Part shown: in pieces, positions 1 to 12,503 of the stretch
Numbering within the stretch: position 1 is the stretch's first letter
Layout of the letters: every line of letters starts with the position of its first letter
DNA from: Anaerolineae bacterium
GTDB taxonomy: Bacteria; Chloroflexota; Anaerolineae; JACIWR01
DNA: 35,053 nucleotides
Assembly (NCBI GenBank): GCA_014360845.1
Contig: JACIWR010000004.1
Span: forward strand, 1-35,053
Reading direction: 5' to 3'
The notes under the pieces: model-generated
Told to the model about the DNA's origin: nothing
What the model saw: the letters and a program-made list of their open reading frames with translations, nothing else
The model's database searches: none
Position numbers and translations under genes: made by a program

Positions 1-3000
1 AGAGGGTTTGCTCGAGCTCTTTAATGAAATATCTCCTATCGAGAGCTTCAACGGGGTGCTCTCGCTGCACTTCCCGGCGTACCATGACCCGGTCAGCAGA
101 CAACTGGGGTTGACTTATCGCTTTGAGGAGCCCAAGTATGGGGCGCTGGAGTGTCTGGACCGCGACATGACCTATGCCGCTCCTCTGTACGTTGAAGTGG
201 ACCTGCACAACCGGGAGACCGATGAGCACATCCGCTCGGAGATATTCCTGGGAGATTTCCCGTTGATGACGGAGAATGGCACCTTCATCATCAACGGGAC
301 AGAGCGGGTGGTGGTCAGTCAGCTCATCCGCTCTCCTGGCGTCTACTTCGACGCTGAAGAGGATCGCACCACGGGACGTCTGCTCAGCCAGGCCAAGCTG
401 ATCCCAGACCGGGGCGCCTGGATGGAGTTCGAGACCCGTAAGAGCGATTATCTCACCCTGAAGTTCAACCGCAAACGCACTATCCCGGTCACCATCCTGC
501 TGCGGGCTCTTGCCGCGGTGGATGACGGGTTGGACAGCGATGTGCTGACCGAGGGCAGCGATGAGGAGTTGCTCGCCCTTTTCGCCGAGTCCGATACTCA
601 TCCTGACCATCAGTACATTGTGGGGACAATGCGCCAGGAGCCCGAATGGGAGCTCAAAGGGGATCGCACCATAGCTGAAGAGGCCCTGCTGGAGTTCTAC
701 AAGCGCATGCGACCCGGTGATCCGCCCACCCTGGACAACGCCAGAGATTACCTGGTCTCCCAGATTTTTGACCAACACCGTTACGACCTGGGGCGGGTTG
801 GCCGTTACAAACTCAATCGTCGTCTGGGACTGGATATACCCTCTCAACACCGAACCCTGACCAAGATGGACCTGGTCAAAGTGGTGGAGAGGATGATCCG
901 GGTGAATAACGGTCTGGAGGACCCGGATGACATTGACCACCTGGGCAACCGGCGGGTGAAGACGGTGGGGGAGCTCATTCAGAACAAGCTGCGCATCGGA
1001 TTGCGGCGCATGGAGCGCGTGGTGCGCGAGAGAATGAGCATTCGCGACACTGAGGAGATAACCCCCATTTCGTTGATCAACATTCGACCGGTTGTGGCTG
1101 CCGTGCGCGAATTCTTCGGCTCCAGCCAGTTGTCCCAGTTTATGGATCAGACCAACCCCCTGACTGAGCTTACCCACAAGCGCACTCTCAGCGCGTTGGG
1201 ACCGGGTGGTCTGCGCCGCGAGCGGGCCGGTTTTGATGTGCGAGACGTGCACCACTCCCACTACGGGCGCATCTGCCCCATCGAGACCCCTGAGGGTCCC
1301 AACATCGGGTTGATCGGGCGTTTGGCCAGCTATGCGCGGGTGAATGAATACGGTTTCATCGAAACGCCTTATCGCAAGGTGATACGCACGGTGCCCAACG
1401 AGGCCGATAAGTTGGTCGGGCACATCCTTCGCGAGCAGATTGTGGACCCGGAAAGCGGTGAGGTGGTGGCCGAGGCGGGTACCGAGGTGACTCCCGAACT
1501 GGCCGAGCGAATTGCTGCCTTGCCCTCGGTGGACGAGGTCAAGGTTCGTCCCATGGTGACCAATGAGATAGTTTATCTGACGGCGGACACGGAAGACCAG
1601 TTCACCATTGCCCAGGCCAACGCCAAGCTCGACGACAAGGGTCATTTCATTGACGATCGTATTTCCGTGCGGCGCAGCCAGCGCTTCCTGTTCGAAGCGC
1701 CGGAGAAAATTGATTACATGGACGTTTCCCCCAAGCAGGTGGTGGGAATATCCGCTTCGCTGATCCCGTTCCTGGAGCATGATGACGCGAACCGCGCCCT
1801 GATGGGTTCTAACATGCAGCGTCAGGCAGTGCCACTTCTCACTCCGGAGGAGCCTATCGTGGTCACGGGCATGGAGCCCAGCGCAGCGCTGGCCTCGGGA
1901 CAGGTGGTCATCGCTCAGGAGGACGGGGAGGTGGTGAGTGTCACTGGCGAGCGCATAATTGTCGCTGGCGAGAATGGGTTGCGCACCTACAAGTTGCGCA
2001 GGTTCAATCGCTCTAACCAGTCTACCTGCATTGATCAGCACCCCATCGTCAGTAAGGGGCAAAAGGTCAAAAAAGGTGACGTGTTGGCGGATTCCTCGTC
2101 CACCGACCACGGGGTGCTGGCCCTGGGGCAGAATGTGCTGGTGGCCTTCATGTCGTGGGAGGGCAACAACTACGAGGATGCCATCATCATCAGCGAAAGC
2201 CTGGTGCGAGAGGACAAGTTCACCTCCATCCACATAGAGAAGCACGAGGTGAAGGCGCGCGAGACCAAGCTCGGTCCGGAGGAAATCACTCGCGATATTC
2301 CCAACGTCGGTGAAGAGGCGCTGAAAGACCTGGACGAAAACGGCATCGTGCGCATTGGGGCCGAGGTGGGACCCAGCGACATCCTGGTCGGCAAAATCAC
2401 GCCCAAAGGCGAGAAAGAGCTGACCCCGGAGGAGAAGTTGCTGCGGGCCATTTTCGGTGAAAAAGCTCGCGAGGTTAAGGACTCCTCCCTGCGCATGCCC
2501 CATGGTGAGCGGGGCAAGGTGGTAGATGTAAGGATCTTCGACCGCGAGGAGCACCGGGATTTGCAAACGGGGGTCAATCAACTGGTGCGGGTGAGTGTGG
2601 CCCAGCAACGCAAGATCACCGAAGGGGATAAGATGGCCGGGCGCCACGGGAACAAAGGCGTCATCTCCAAGGTGGTACCTATCGAGGATATGCCGTTCTT
2701 GCCCGATGGCACGCCGGTAGAGATCATTCTGAACCCCTTGGGTGTGCCGGGCCGCATGAACATCGGTCAGATTTTGGAGACGCACCTGGGTTGGGCTGCC
2801 GACAGGTTGGGCTTCCGGGCGGTGAGCCCCGTCTTCGATGGTGCTGATGAGCAGGAAATCGAGGCCGAATTGGCCCGGGCGTGGATGATTGATGAGGCCT
2901 GGGCGGAGATAACCTCTCGCGCCTGGGAGTGGATCAAGCAACAGGGCATGGATACCGACTACTTTGATGATGATGACGATGCGCGTCTGTATTACATTGC

Positions 3001-3820
3001 GCACTGGTTTGATGAACTCGGCTGTGACTATGACGAGGAGCAGTTGGCCTATGATCGGGTCTATGCCCGGCGTGCGGTGTTACGAGAGTGGTTGAAGGAG
3101 CTGGGATACGATCCCGATAGCATTCTGATTTTTGAAGACGATCACCGCAGCGTCGCTGAGCGAGAGGCGAGCGATGCTCTGGCCATAGACGTTTGTCTGC
3201 GGCTGTGGTTGACCAAGCACGGGGAAGAAGTATCACCGGAACTGTCGGGTGAGGAGCTGCGAACCTACGCCGAGGAGGTGAGCCGGCGGATCGGGTGGCC
3301 TGTGCCCACTACTGGCAAGATAGTGCTGTACGATGGCAAGACCGGTGAGCCTTTTGACCAGCCGGTGACAGTGGGTGTGATCCACATGATGAAGTTGGCG
3401 CACCTGGTGGAGGACAAGGTGCACGCTCGCTCTACCGGGCCGTACTCCCTGGTCACTCAGCAGCCGCTGGGTGGTAAGGCTCAGTTCGGTGGTCAGCGTT
3501 TTGGAGAGATGGAGGTTTGGGCCCTGGAGGCTTATGGCGCGGCCTATACCTTGCAGGAGATGCTGACCGTCAAATCTGATGATGTGACGGGCCGCGTGAA
3601 GACCTATGAGGCTATAGTCAAGGGTGAAGAAGTGACGGAACCTGGCTTGCCAGCCTCGTTCCGCGTGCTGGTCAAAGAGTTGCAAAGCCTGGGGTTGGCT
3701 GTGGAGGCTTTGGGCGACAATGGCGAGATCATCGAGTTTGGCAAGGATGAGGAGAAGGAGAAGCTTCCACAGCTAGGCTCTGGTCTGGGATTGCTGGGCT
3801 TCGAAGGGGATACGGAATAG
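1..3820 (+). CDS. rpoB: DNA-directed RNA polymerase beta subunit (5'-truncated at window edge)
   Basis: Motifs [63 protein letters not shown]; frame open to the window start. Confidence 0.99.
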   Translation, partial: EGLLELFNEISPIESFNGVLSLHFPAYHDPVSRQLGLTYRFEEPKYGALECLDRDMTYAAPLYVEVDLHNRETDEHIRSEIFLGDFPLMTENGTFIINGTERVVVSQLIRSPGVYFDAEEDRTTGRLLSQAKLIPDRGAWMEFETRKSDYLTLKFNRKRTIPVTILLRALAAVDDGLDSDVLTEGSDEELLALFAESDTHPDHQYIVGTMRQEPEWELKGDRTIAEEALLEFYKRMRPGDPPTLDNARDYLVSQIFDQHRYDLGRVGRYKLNRRLGLDIPSQHRTLTKMDLVKVVERMIRVNNGLEDPDDIDHLGNRRVKTVGELIQNKLRIGLRRMERVVRERMSIRDTEEITPISLINIRPVVAAVREFFGSSQLSQFMDQTNPLTELTHKRTLSALGPGGLRRERAGFDVRDVHHSHYGRICPIETPEGPNIGLIGRLASYARVNEYGFIETPYRKVIRTVPNEADKLVGHILREQIVDPESGEVVAEAGTEVTPELAERIAALPSVDEVKVRPMVTNEIVYLTADTEDQFTIAQANAKLDDKGHFIDDRISVRRSQRFLFEAPEKIDYMDVSPKQVVGISASLIPFLEHDDANRALMGSNMQRQAVPLLTPEEPIVVTGMEPSAALASGQVVIAQEDGEVVSVTGERIIVAGENGLRTYKLRRFNRSNQSTCIDQHPIVSKGQKVKKGDVLADSSSTDHGVLALGQNVLVAFMSWEGNNYEDAIIISESLVREDKFTSIHIEKHEVKARETKLGPEEITRDIPNVGEEALKDLDENGIVRIGAEVGPSDILVGKITPKGEKELTPEEKLLRAIFGEKAREVKDSSLRMPHGERGKVVDVRIFDREEHRDLQTGVNQLVRVSVAQQRKITEGDKMAGRHGNKGVISKVVPIEDMPFLPDGTPVEIILNPLGVPGRMNIGQILETHLGWAADRLGFRAVSPVFDGADEQEIEAELARAWMIDEAWAEITSRAWEWIKQQGMDTDYFDDDDDARLYYIAHWFDELGCDYDEEQLAYDRVYARRAVLREWLKELGYDPDSILIFEDDHRSVAEREASDALAIDVCLRLWLTKHGEEVSPELSGEELRTYAEEVSRRIGWPVPTTGKIVLYDGKTGEPFDQPVTVGVIHMMKLAHLVEDKVHARSTGPYSLVTQQPLGGKAQFGGQRFGEMEVWALEAYGAAYTLQEMLTVKSDDVTGRVKTYEAIVKGEEVTEPGLPASFRVLVKELQSLGLAVEALGDNGEIIEFGKDEEKEKLPQLGSGLGLLGFEGDTE

Positions 3821-3823
3821 GAT

Positions 3824-3852
3824 TTGACTTTTGGAAAATTCTATGGTAGAAT
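3824..3852 (+). promoter_or_regulatory. sigma70-type promoter for the str/S10/spc/alpha superoperon
   Basis: TTGACT (3824-3829), 17-nt spacer, extended -10 TGn-TAGAAT (3844-3852), right after the rpoB stop. Confidence 0.8.
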
Positions 3853-3901
3853 CTTCCTTCGTTGCCTAGCAGGTAAGCCTTTTAGAGCGCGTTAGGTTTG
3901 C

Positions 3902-3937
3902 ATGAGGCCATCGCGGCTCTTCTCACGATGGCCTCAT
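3902..3937 (+). promoter_or_regulatory. Perfect 12-bp stem-loop in the rpsL 5' leader
   Basis: ATGAGGCCATCG (3902-3913) / CGATGGCCTCAT (3926-3937). Confidence 0.5.
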
Positions 3938-3990
3938 TCAGTGAACAGTGGAAGTTCGAGCGATTTACTAGTTTCAGGGGAGGAAGGAAT

Positions 3991-4422
<432 letters not shown>

Positions 4423-4477
4423 CTGGATTCTTGTCGGCGGTAATCGCCGCTCAATCGGAGGATCTGAGGAGTAAGGT

Positions 4478-4948
4478 ATGCCGAGACGTTATCGTCCTCC
4501 CAAGCGGGAGGTAGAACCGGATATCAAATACAATAGCGTGGTGGTGGCCAAGTTCATTAATCGCCTGATGAAGGGTGGTAAGAAAAGTACGGCGGCGCGT
4601 ATTTTGTACGATGCCTTCGATCTCATTGAAAAGCGCATGAGCCGTAATCCGTTGGAGGTTTTTGAGCAAGCCATCAAGAATGCAACTCCAATCCTGGAAG
4701 TGAAGCCTCGGCGCGTGGGTGGTGCAACTTACCAGGTGCCGGTTGAGGTGCCGCCTCACAGGCAATTGGCCCTGGCCATGCGCTGGCTGATACAATCTGC
4801 ACGAAATCGCCCTGGCAAGTCCATGGCCGAGAAGTTAGCTGCTGAGCTAATGGATGCGGCCCAGGGGGTCGGGGCGACGATCAAGAAGCGGGAAGATACC
4901 CACAAAATGGCTGAAGCGAACAAGGCTTTCGCCCATTACCGCTGGTAA
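4478..4948 (+). CDS. rpsG: 30S ribosomal protein S7
   Basis: [33 protein letters not shown]. Confidence 0.99.
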   Translation: MPRRYRPPKREVEPDIKYNSVVVAKFINRLMKGGKKSTAARILYDAFDLIEKRMSRNPLEVFEQAIKNATPILEVKPRRVGGATYQVPVEVPPHRQLALAMRWLIQSARNRPGKSMAEKLAAELMDAAQGVGATIKKREDTHKMAEANKAFAHYRW

Positions 4949-5049
4949 GTCCCCTCTCTTCCAGGTTATTGGGTTTGCTGGGTGGTTAGCGCAGGCTCCT
5001 TGAGACTAACTGCCGAATCACTCGATTTCCTGGCTACGGAGCCATTCAG

Positions 5050-7125
<2,076 letters not shown>

Positions 7126-7275
7126 TTACTTCGCTTCTTTCGCCCCCTGTGGGGCGTGAGAGATAAAAACAGGGAAAAAGGAGATTTTGAGGTGGTAGCC
7201 CGCTCCCCGCCGTGGTCTACGAGGGGAGAAGGGGCCTCTCCAGAAATTCGGTAATTGAGGGAAAGGAGAATTTAA

Positions 7276-8502
7276 ATGGCTAAGCAAAAGTTTGAGCGAA
7301 CAAAGCCTCATGTGAACGTGGGAACCATCGGACACATTGACCACGGCAAGACAACCTTGACAGCCGCCATCACCAAGGTATTGGCCTTGAAGGGCTTGGC
7401 ATCGTACAAGAGCTACGATGAGGTGGCCAAAGCGGACGCCAAGACCTTCCGTCGTGATGCGACGAAAATCTTGACGGTGGCCATTTCCCACGTGGAGTAC
7501 GAGACGGAGAAACGTCACTACGCTCACGTGGACTGCCCCGGACACCGCGACTACATCAAGAACATGATCACCGGTGCAGCCCAGATGGATGGGGCTATCC
7601 TGGTGGTGGATGCCTCTGAGGGGCCTATGCCTCAGACGCGCGAGCACGTGCTGCTGGCCCGCCAGGTGGAAGTGCCGAGCATGGTCATATTCTTGAACAA
7701 ATGCGACCTGATGGAGGATGAGGACTCCGAGGAGTTGCTGGAGCTGGTGGAACTGGAGCTGCGAGAGTTGCTGGACGAGTACGAGTTCCCCGGCGATGAG
7801 GTCCCGGTGGTGCGGGGTAGCGCGCTGCGGGCTCTCCAGAGCGACAGCACCGATCCGGATGCTCCCGAGTATCAGTGTATCTGGGAGCTGATGCACGCCA
7901 TAGACGATTACATCCCGACGCCGGTGCGTGAGGAGGATAAGCCCTTCCTGATGCCTATCGAGGACGTGTTCAGCATCAAGGGGCGTGGCACGGTGGTCAC
8001 CGGGCGAATCGAGCGCGGCACCATCAAGGTGGGCGACGAGGTGGAGATCGTCGGTCTGCGTGACCAGATCAAGAAGACGGTGTGCACCGGGGTGGAGATG
8101 TTCCACAAGACCCTGGATAAGGGCATTGCCGGCGACAATGTGGGCTGCCTGCTGCGCGGCATTGATCGCGACGAGGTGGAGCGCGGTATGGTGCTGGCCA
8201 AGCCGGGTAGCATCAAGCCTCACACCAAGTTCATGAGTGAGGTCTACGTCCTGCGCAAGGATGAAGGTGGTCGGCACAAGCCCTTCTTCCCCGGCTATCG
8301 TCCTCAGTTCTACATCCGCACCATGGACGTGACGGGCGAGATCACTTTGCCCGAGGGCGTGGAAATGGTCATGCCTGGGGACAACGTGAACTTGCAGGTG
8401 GAGTTGATTGTGCCGGTGGCCCTGGAGGTAGGGTCGCGCTTCGCTATTCGTGAGGGTGGTCTGACCGTTGGCGCGGGTGTGATCACCAAGATACTGGAAT
8501 AG
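7276..8502 (+). CDS. tuf: Elongation factor Tu
   Basis: [42 protein letters not shown]. Confidence 0.99.
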   Translation: MAKQKFERTKPHVNVGTIGHIDHGKTTLTAAITKVLALKGLASYKSYDEVAKADAKTFRRDATKILTVAISHVEYETEKRHYAHVDCPGHRDYIKNMITGAAQMDGAILVVDASEGPMPQTREHVLLARQVEVPSMVIFLNKCDLMEDEDSEELLELVELELRELLDEYEFPGDEVPVVRGSALRALQSDSTDPDAPEYQCIWELMHAIDDYIPTPVREEDKPFLMPIEDVFSIKGRGTVVTGRIERGTIKVGDEVEIVGLRDQIKKTVCTGVEMFHKTLDKGIAGDNVGCLLRGIDRDEVERGMVLAKPGSIKPHTKFMSEVYVLRKDEGGRHKPFFPGYRPQFYIRTMDVTGEITLPEGVEMVMPGDNVNLQVELIVPVALEVGSRFAIREGGLTVGAGVITKILE

Positions 8503-8583
8503 TACAACGTACCTGGCGGGGCAGGGTGCGTCACTTTGTGCCGTACCTTGCCCCGAAGTGTGATGTGGGATGAGAGAGGGGCT

Positions 8584-8892
8584 ATGGCCAAGCAGAAGAT
8601 CAGGATTCGACTGAAAGCTTACGATCATCGGGTTCTAGACCAGTCAGCGCGACGCATCGTGGAGACGGCGGAGCGCACGGGAGCACAGGTGGTGGGACCG
8701 GTTCCCTTGCCCACCAAGATCGAGCGCTTTACCGTGCAGCGCTCCCCTTTCGTGGACAAGGACTCCCAGGAACATTTCGAGATTCGCACTCATAAGCGAC
8801 TCATTGATGTCATTGATCCTGGGTCCAAGACCATTGATTCGCTGATGCGTCTTAATCTGCCGGCTGGGGTGGATATCGAAATCAAAATGTAA
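8584..8892 (+). CDS. rpsJ: 30S ribosomal protein S10
   Basis: [33 protein letters not shown]; ATG after GAGAGGG. Confidence 0.98.
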   Translation: MAKQKIRIRLKAYDHRVLDQSARRIVETAERTGAQVVGPVPLPTKIERFTVQRSPFVDKDSQEHFEIRTHKRLIDVIDPGSKTIDSLMRLNLPAGVDIEIKM

Positions 8893-8965
8893 GCCCTGGT
8901 GAGGCCCCTGATCTGGTTTCTGCGACGGTCTCTCGCAAGAACTTGTCGGGGACTCAGAAGGAGAG

Positions 8966-9003
8966 GGAACTCGAAGGAACTCGAGGGCTCTTGGGGGAAC
9001 TCG
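8966..9003 (+). repeat. Three GGAACTCG copies in 10-nt phase in the rpsJ-rplC spacer
   Basis: GGAACTCG at 8966, 8976 and 8996. Confidence 0.7.
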
Positions 9004-9018
9004 CCTGTGGGAGGGAAG

Positions 9019-9651
9019 ATGAAGGGTATTTTAGGCAAGAAAGTGGGCATGACGCAGATCTTTGACGAGAGTGGAGAGGTTATCCCGGTAACGGTCATCG
9101 AGGCTGGGCCCTGCTTTGTGGTGCAGAAGCGGACGGTGGAACGGGATGGCTATAGCGCGATCCAGTTGGGTTTCGAGGAGGTGAAGCCCAAGCGTCTCAC
9201 CAAAGGTCAGCTCGGCCATCTGCGTAAGAGAAATTTACCCCCTCTGCGCTACCTGCGCGAAGTTCGTGTCTCCGATCCAGAGGAGTACGAAGAGGGACAG
9301 AAGATTACGGTTGGCATATTCGATGTGGGCGAACGGGTGGATGTGGTAGGCACTTCCAAGGGGCGCGGTTTCGCGGGTACTATCAAGCGTCACGGGTTCA
9401 AACGCCAACCCAAGACCCACGGCCAGTCCGACCGCGAGCGTGCGCCGGGTTCCATTGGTTCTACGACCACGCCGGGGCGCGTGTTCAAAGGGAAGCGCAT
9501 GGCCGGACACATGGGGAACGCACGGGTCACGGCGCAGAACTTGCAGGTGGTGCTGGTGGATCCGGAGCGCAATCTGTTGGCCGTTAAGGGGACGGTGCCG
9601 GGAGCACGCAACGGGTTGCTGATTATCAAAGAGGCGAGGAAGCAAGGGTAA
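9019..9651 (+). CDS. rplC: 50S ribosomal protein L3
   Basis: MKGILGKKVGMTQIF, SKGRGFAG, PGRVFKGKRMAGHMG; ATG after GGAGGG. Confidence 0.98.
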   Translation: MKGILGKKVGMTQIFDESGEVIPVTVIEAGPCFVVQKRTVERDGYSAIQLGFEEVKPKRLTKGQLGHLRKRNLPPLRYLREVRVSDPEEYEEGQKITVGIFDVGERVDVVGTSKGRGFAGTIKRHGFKRQPKTHGQSDRERAPGSIGSTTTPGRVFKGKRMAGHMGNARVTAQNLQVVLVDPERNLLAVKGTVPGARNGLLIIKEARKQG

Positions 9652-9674
9652 TCCTCGCTAACTGTGAGGAGGTA

Positions 9675-9701
9675 ATGCGCACAGCACATTTTATCCCGTG
9701 A
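9675..9701 (+). other. 8-codon mini-ORF (MRTAHFIP*) with strong SD, in frame with the downstream protease
   Basis: GAGGAGGT then ATG 9675; TGA 9699-9701 directly followed by in-frame ATG 9702; translation not demonstrated. Confidence 0.4.
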
Positions 9702-9731
9702 ATGTGCGTGACTCTCGAAGAAGGGTTTGAG

Positions 9732-12503
9732 ATGTGCGGGAATACCAGGCAGTTGCTCAAGGTCGGGGTGTTGACCTGCGCGGTGATGGCTTTGCTCGCG
9801 TTGGCGTGGAACAACTCATGGGCTGAGCCACAGAGCCGGTGTGAACTTTCGCCGCTGTTTCAGTCGCCGCTGCCTACGCCTACCGCTCCTGCCCTCTCTA
9901 ACGCGCAGATGGCGATACAACACGTCTCGCGCACCAGGAATATATCGGCCGATCAACTATCGGTTGCTGATGAATCAACGATCGAATTCCCATTGACCGG
10001 GAAAGTGCTCCATCGGGAGCTGGTACTGGATACGAAGGGCAAAGGCCAGTTGATTTACGAGGTGATGATCGAGGGGCAGACTGGAGCGATAGCCAAGGGA
10101 AACAAACTGGATGAATTGCTGGTAGAGGAAGCCCAGGCATATCGAGCCAGGTACGAGCGTCTGGTTCTGGAATTGGCGGCTCACGGGAAGAAAACAGCCA
10201 TCGAGAATTTGCAAGTTGTCAACGACATGGTGGTCCATTATCCTTTGACCGACCGAATGTGCTGGTGGGTGAGAGTGCTGGACAGCAAAAGCCTGCTGAC
10301 CCAGGACGTGACCATTGATCTGTACGGCAAACGAGTGGACGTGAAAGCACTGGAGAAGGCGGAGTTCGAGGCACGGCGGGCCAAGTATGGCAGGTTGGAA
10401 CCAGAGTTGTACTATCTCTTGCAAACCAGGAAAGATAAAGACCTGGTGAAAGTGCTGCTGTGGGTCAAGGGGGTGGACTACGCAGGGGTAGATGCACAGT
10501 TGGTACAGAAGTACCCGCAACTTAAGGGCTTCAGGGTAATAGGCGGGCGCGTCTGCGACGAGAGAGGCGCGCCGGCGAAACTGGACAGGGAACTATCGAG
10601 GAAAGTGTTAGCCGATTACAACGATTTGTTGGACAAGGCTCATCTGGCAGCGGCACAACCCATCATTGATCTCCTGCGGGCCAGGGGCTACGAAGCCAAA
10701 GCGCTTGAGTTTATCCCCGCTGTGGTGGCCGAATTGTCCAGGAAGGCTGTGCTCGAGCTGAACGAGGCCCCGTTGGAGAACCTGGGCGCTATCTACTGGG
10801 GTGAGATGGAAATTCACCCTCAACTGGACTCGGCTGCACCGACGGTGCGTGCTACCACTGTCTGGGGACGCGGGTACACGGGCGAAGGTGTTACTATAGC
10901 CGTCGCCGAAGGCGGTGTGATTAATCCCGGCATTACCCACGGTGCTTTGCAAGGAAAGATCATAGCCGTAAATACGGCCGAGGCCACGGATTGGCACGCG
11001 GCGGCTGTGGCTGGCGTGTTGGCTGGTGACCATCCAGACTATCCACAATATCGGGGTATTGCATACGGCAGTGATTCGCTCGTCAGCGCCAGGGTAACCG
11101 GAGGCACAATAGACTATCTGGCAGATGGTCTGGAATGGGCCGTAGATCAGGGGGCATACGCCATCAATTGCAGCTTCACCACCGAAGGTAGTCGTTACAT
11201 GCAGCCGGAGGACAGAGCTCTCGACTATGTGGCCCGCTATCGTTACCCGACGATAGTGGTGGGCGCGGGCAACGATGTGGCCCAGGTCTGGCATGTTTCC
11301 AGTCCAGCCAAGGGCTACAACATTCTCACGGTGGGCGGGTTCGATGATCATAACGACTCTTCCTGGTCAGATGATGTTATGTGGGATGATTCGTGCTATG
11401 TGGATCCCTACATTGATGGCACGAGCGGATCAGGCGACAGAGAGAAGCCCGATGTGGTTGCTGTGGGAGCAAGTGTGACAACGGCCTATACTCCTTGGGG
11501 CGATGATGGGTTTCGTGCTCTAAGCGGTACCAGCCTCGCCGCTCCCCAGGTGACCGGCCTGGTCGCTCTGATTATGGACAGAAAGCCTGATTTAGGTATC
11601 TGGCCAGAGACTATCCGGGCCATCGTCATGGCTTCGGCCATCAACAATATCGAGGGTGATAGCAAACTGAGCGATCAAGATGGTGCCGGGGGCATAGACA
11701 TCTCCCTGGCCGATACGATCACGGCCAATTGGCAATGGGCCACCAGGAACATCGTGTACCCTGATGATTACGAGGATGATTGGTTGAAGGAAACCTTTAC
11801 CTTTTCTGCGACTGCTGGAGATAGAGTGCGAGTCGTTATTTGCTGGGATTCCAATCCCTCGTCCGATTTTCAGACTGAGGGCTCTGATGGCTTAGATACC
11901 GATTTGATTTTATATGTCCTGGATCCCGAACTTGTTGGGTACTCTGCCAGTCTGCACAACAGTTTCGAGATAGCGGAGTTTACCGCAACCAAGACCGGAC
12001 AATACACAATCCGTATACTCAGGGATCCAGCTACGTCTACCGAGACCTCTAACTACCTCGGCGTAGCCTGGGCCAAGGTCGCTTATAATGCCAGCTATCC
12101 CAGCCAAAGCACCCCTGGTGCCATGCTTACCGGCAGTACGAACAACTACGTAGACGTCACCGTCAAAAACACCGGCAGTCTGTACTGGCCGAGTGGGGGT
12201 GGCAATCCTGTGCGCCTGGGTTATCACTGGTATGACCAGAACTATAACCCCGTCAGTGGGTGGGCGGATTACAGGACCTATCTGCCCTACAGCATGGGTT
12301 ACGGACAGGAGGCCGGGTTGCACGCCCGCGTTGGCGCGCCATCCGGTGTGCCCGATGGGATTTACATCCTGCAATGGGATGTGGTGCGCGAGGGGATTAC
12401 TTGGTTCGCCGACCAGGGCGTGGAGACGCTGGACGTGCCCGTGCTGGTCGCCGATGAAATTCACAGCGTTTACTTACCCGTTGTGATGAAGAACTATCAG
12501 TAA
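9732..12503 (+). CDS. Secreted S8 (subtilisin-like) serine peptidase with long N-terminal pro-region, PPC-like and NBR1-Ig-like C-terminal domains (alternative start 9702)
   Basis: Signal-like N-terminus (LLKVGVLTCAVMALLALAW); GYTGEGVTIAVAEGG, WHAAAVAGV, GAGND, SPAKGYNILTVGG, KPDVVAVG, SGTSLAAPQVTG; VKNTG..W..VRLGYHW..LQWDVVREGITWF Ig-like module; ends VYLPVVMKN. Confidence 0.9.
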   Translation: MCGNTRQLLKVGVLTCAVMALLALAWNNSWAEPQSRCELSPLFQSPLPTPTAPALSNAQMAIQHVSRTRNISADQLSVADESTIEFPLTGKVLHRELVLDTKGKGQLIYEVMIEGQTGAIAKGNKLDELLVEEAQAYRARYERLVLELAAHGKKTAIENLQVVNDMVVHYPLTDRMCWWVRVLDSKSLLTQDVTIDLYGKRVDVKALEKAEFEARRAKYGRLEPELYYLLQTRKDKDLVKVLLWVKGVDYAGVDAQLVQKYPQLKGFRVIGGRVCDERGAPAKLDRELSRKVLADYNDLLDKAHLAAAQPIIDLLRARGYEAKALEFIPAVVAELSRKAVLELNEAPLENLGAIYWGEMEIHPQLDSAAPTVRATTVWGRGYTGEGVTIAVAEGGVINPGITHGALQGKIIAVNTAEATDWHAAAVAGVLAGDHPDYPQYRGIAYGSDSLVSARVTGGTIDYLADGLEWAVDQGAYAINCSFTTEGSRYMQPEDRALDYVARYRYPTIVVGAGNDVAQVWHVSSPAKGYNILTVGGFDDHNDSSWSDDVMWDDSCYVDPYIDGTSGSGDREKPDVVAVGASVTTAYTPWGDDGFRALSGTSLAAPQVTGLVALIMDRKPDLGIWPETIRAIVMASAINNIEGDSKLSDQDGAGGIDISLADTITANWQWATRNIVYPDDYEDDWLKETFTFSATAGDRVRVVICWDSNPSSDFQTEGSDGLDTDLILYVLDPELVGYSASLHNSFEIAEFTATKTGQYTIRILRDPATSTETSNYLGVAWAKVAYNASYPSQSTPGAMLTGSTNNYVDVTVKNTGSLYWPSGGGNPVRLGYHWYDQNYNPVSGWADYRTYLPYSMGYGQEAGLHARVGAPSGVPDGIYILQWDVVREGITWFADQGVETLDVPVLVADEIHSVYLPVVMKNYQ

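Noticed and set aside
1140-1210. Resistance substitutions in the RpoB rifampicin region (and S12 Lys42/Lys87)
   Set aside because: Key residues (Q, D, H, S in [19 protein letters not shown]; PKKP; RVKD) are wild-type-like
3898-3990. N-terminal extensions in the ORF track for rpsL, also rpsJ, rplC, rplW, rplB, rpsQ, rplF, rpmD, truA
   Set aside because: Downstream starts have SDs and match canonical N-termini
7126-8628. 500-aa minus-strand ORF, and similar long antisense ORFs (e.g. 12973-14277, 21307-22383)
   Set aside because: Shadow frames of highly biased, GC-rich conserved genes (tuf, rplB, secY); no recognisable motifs
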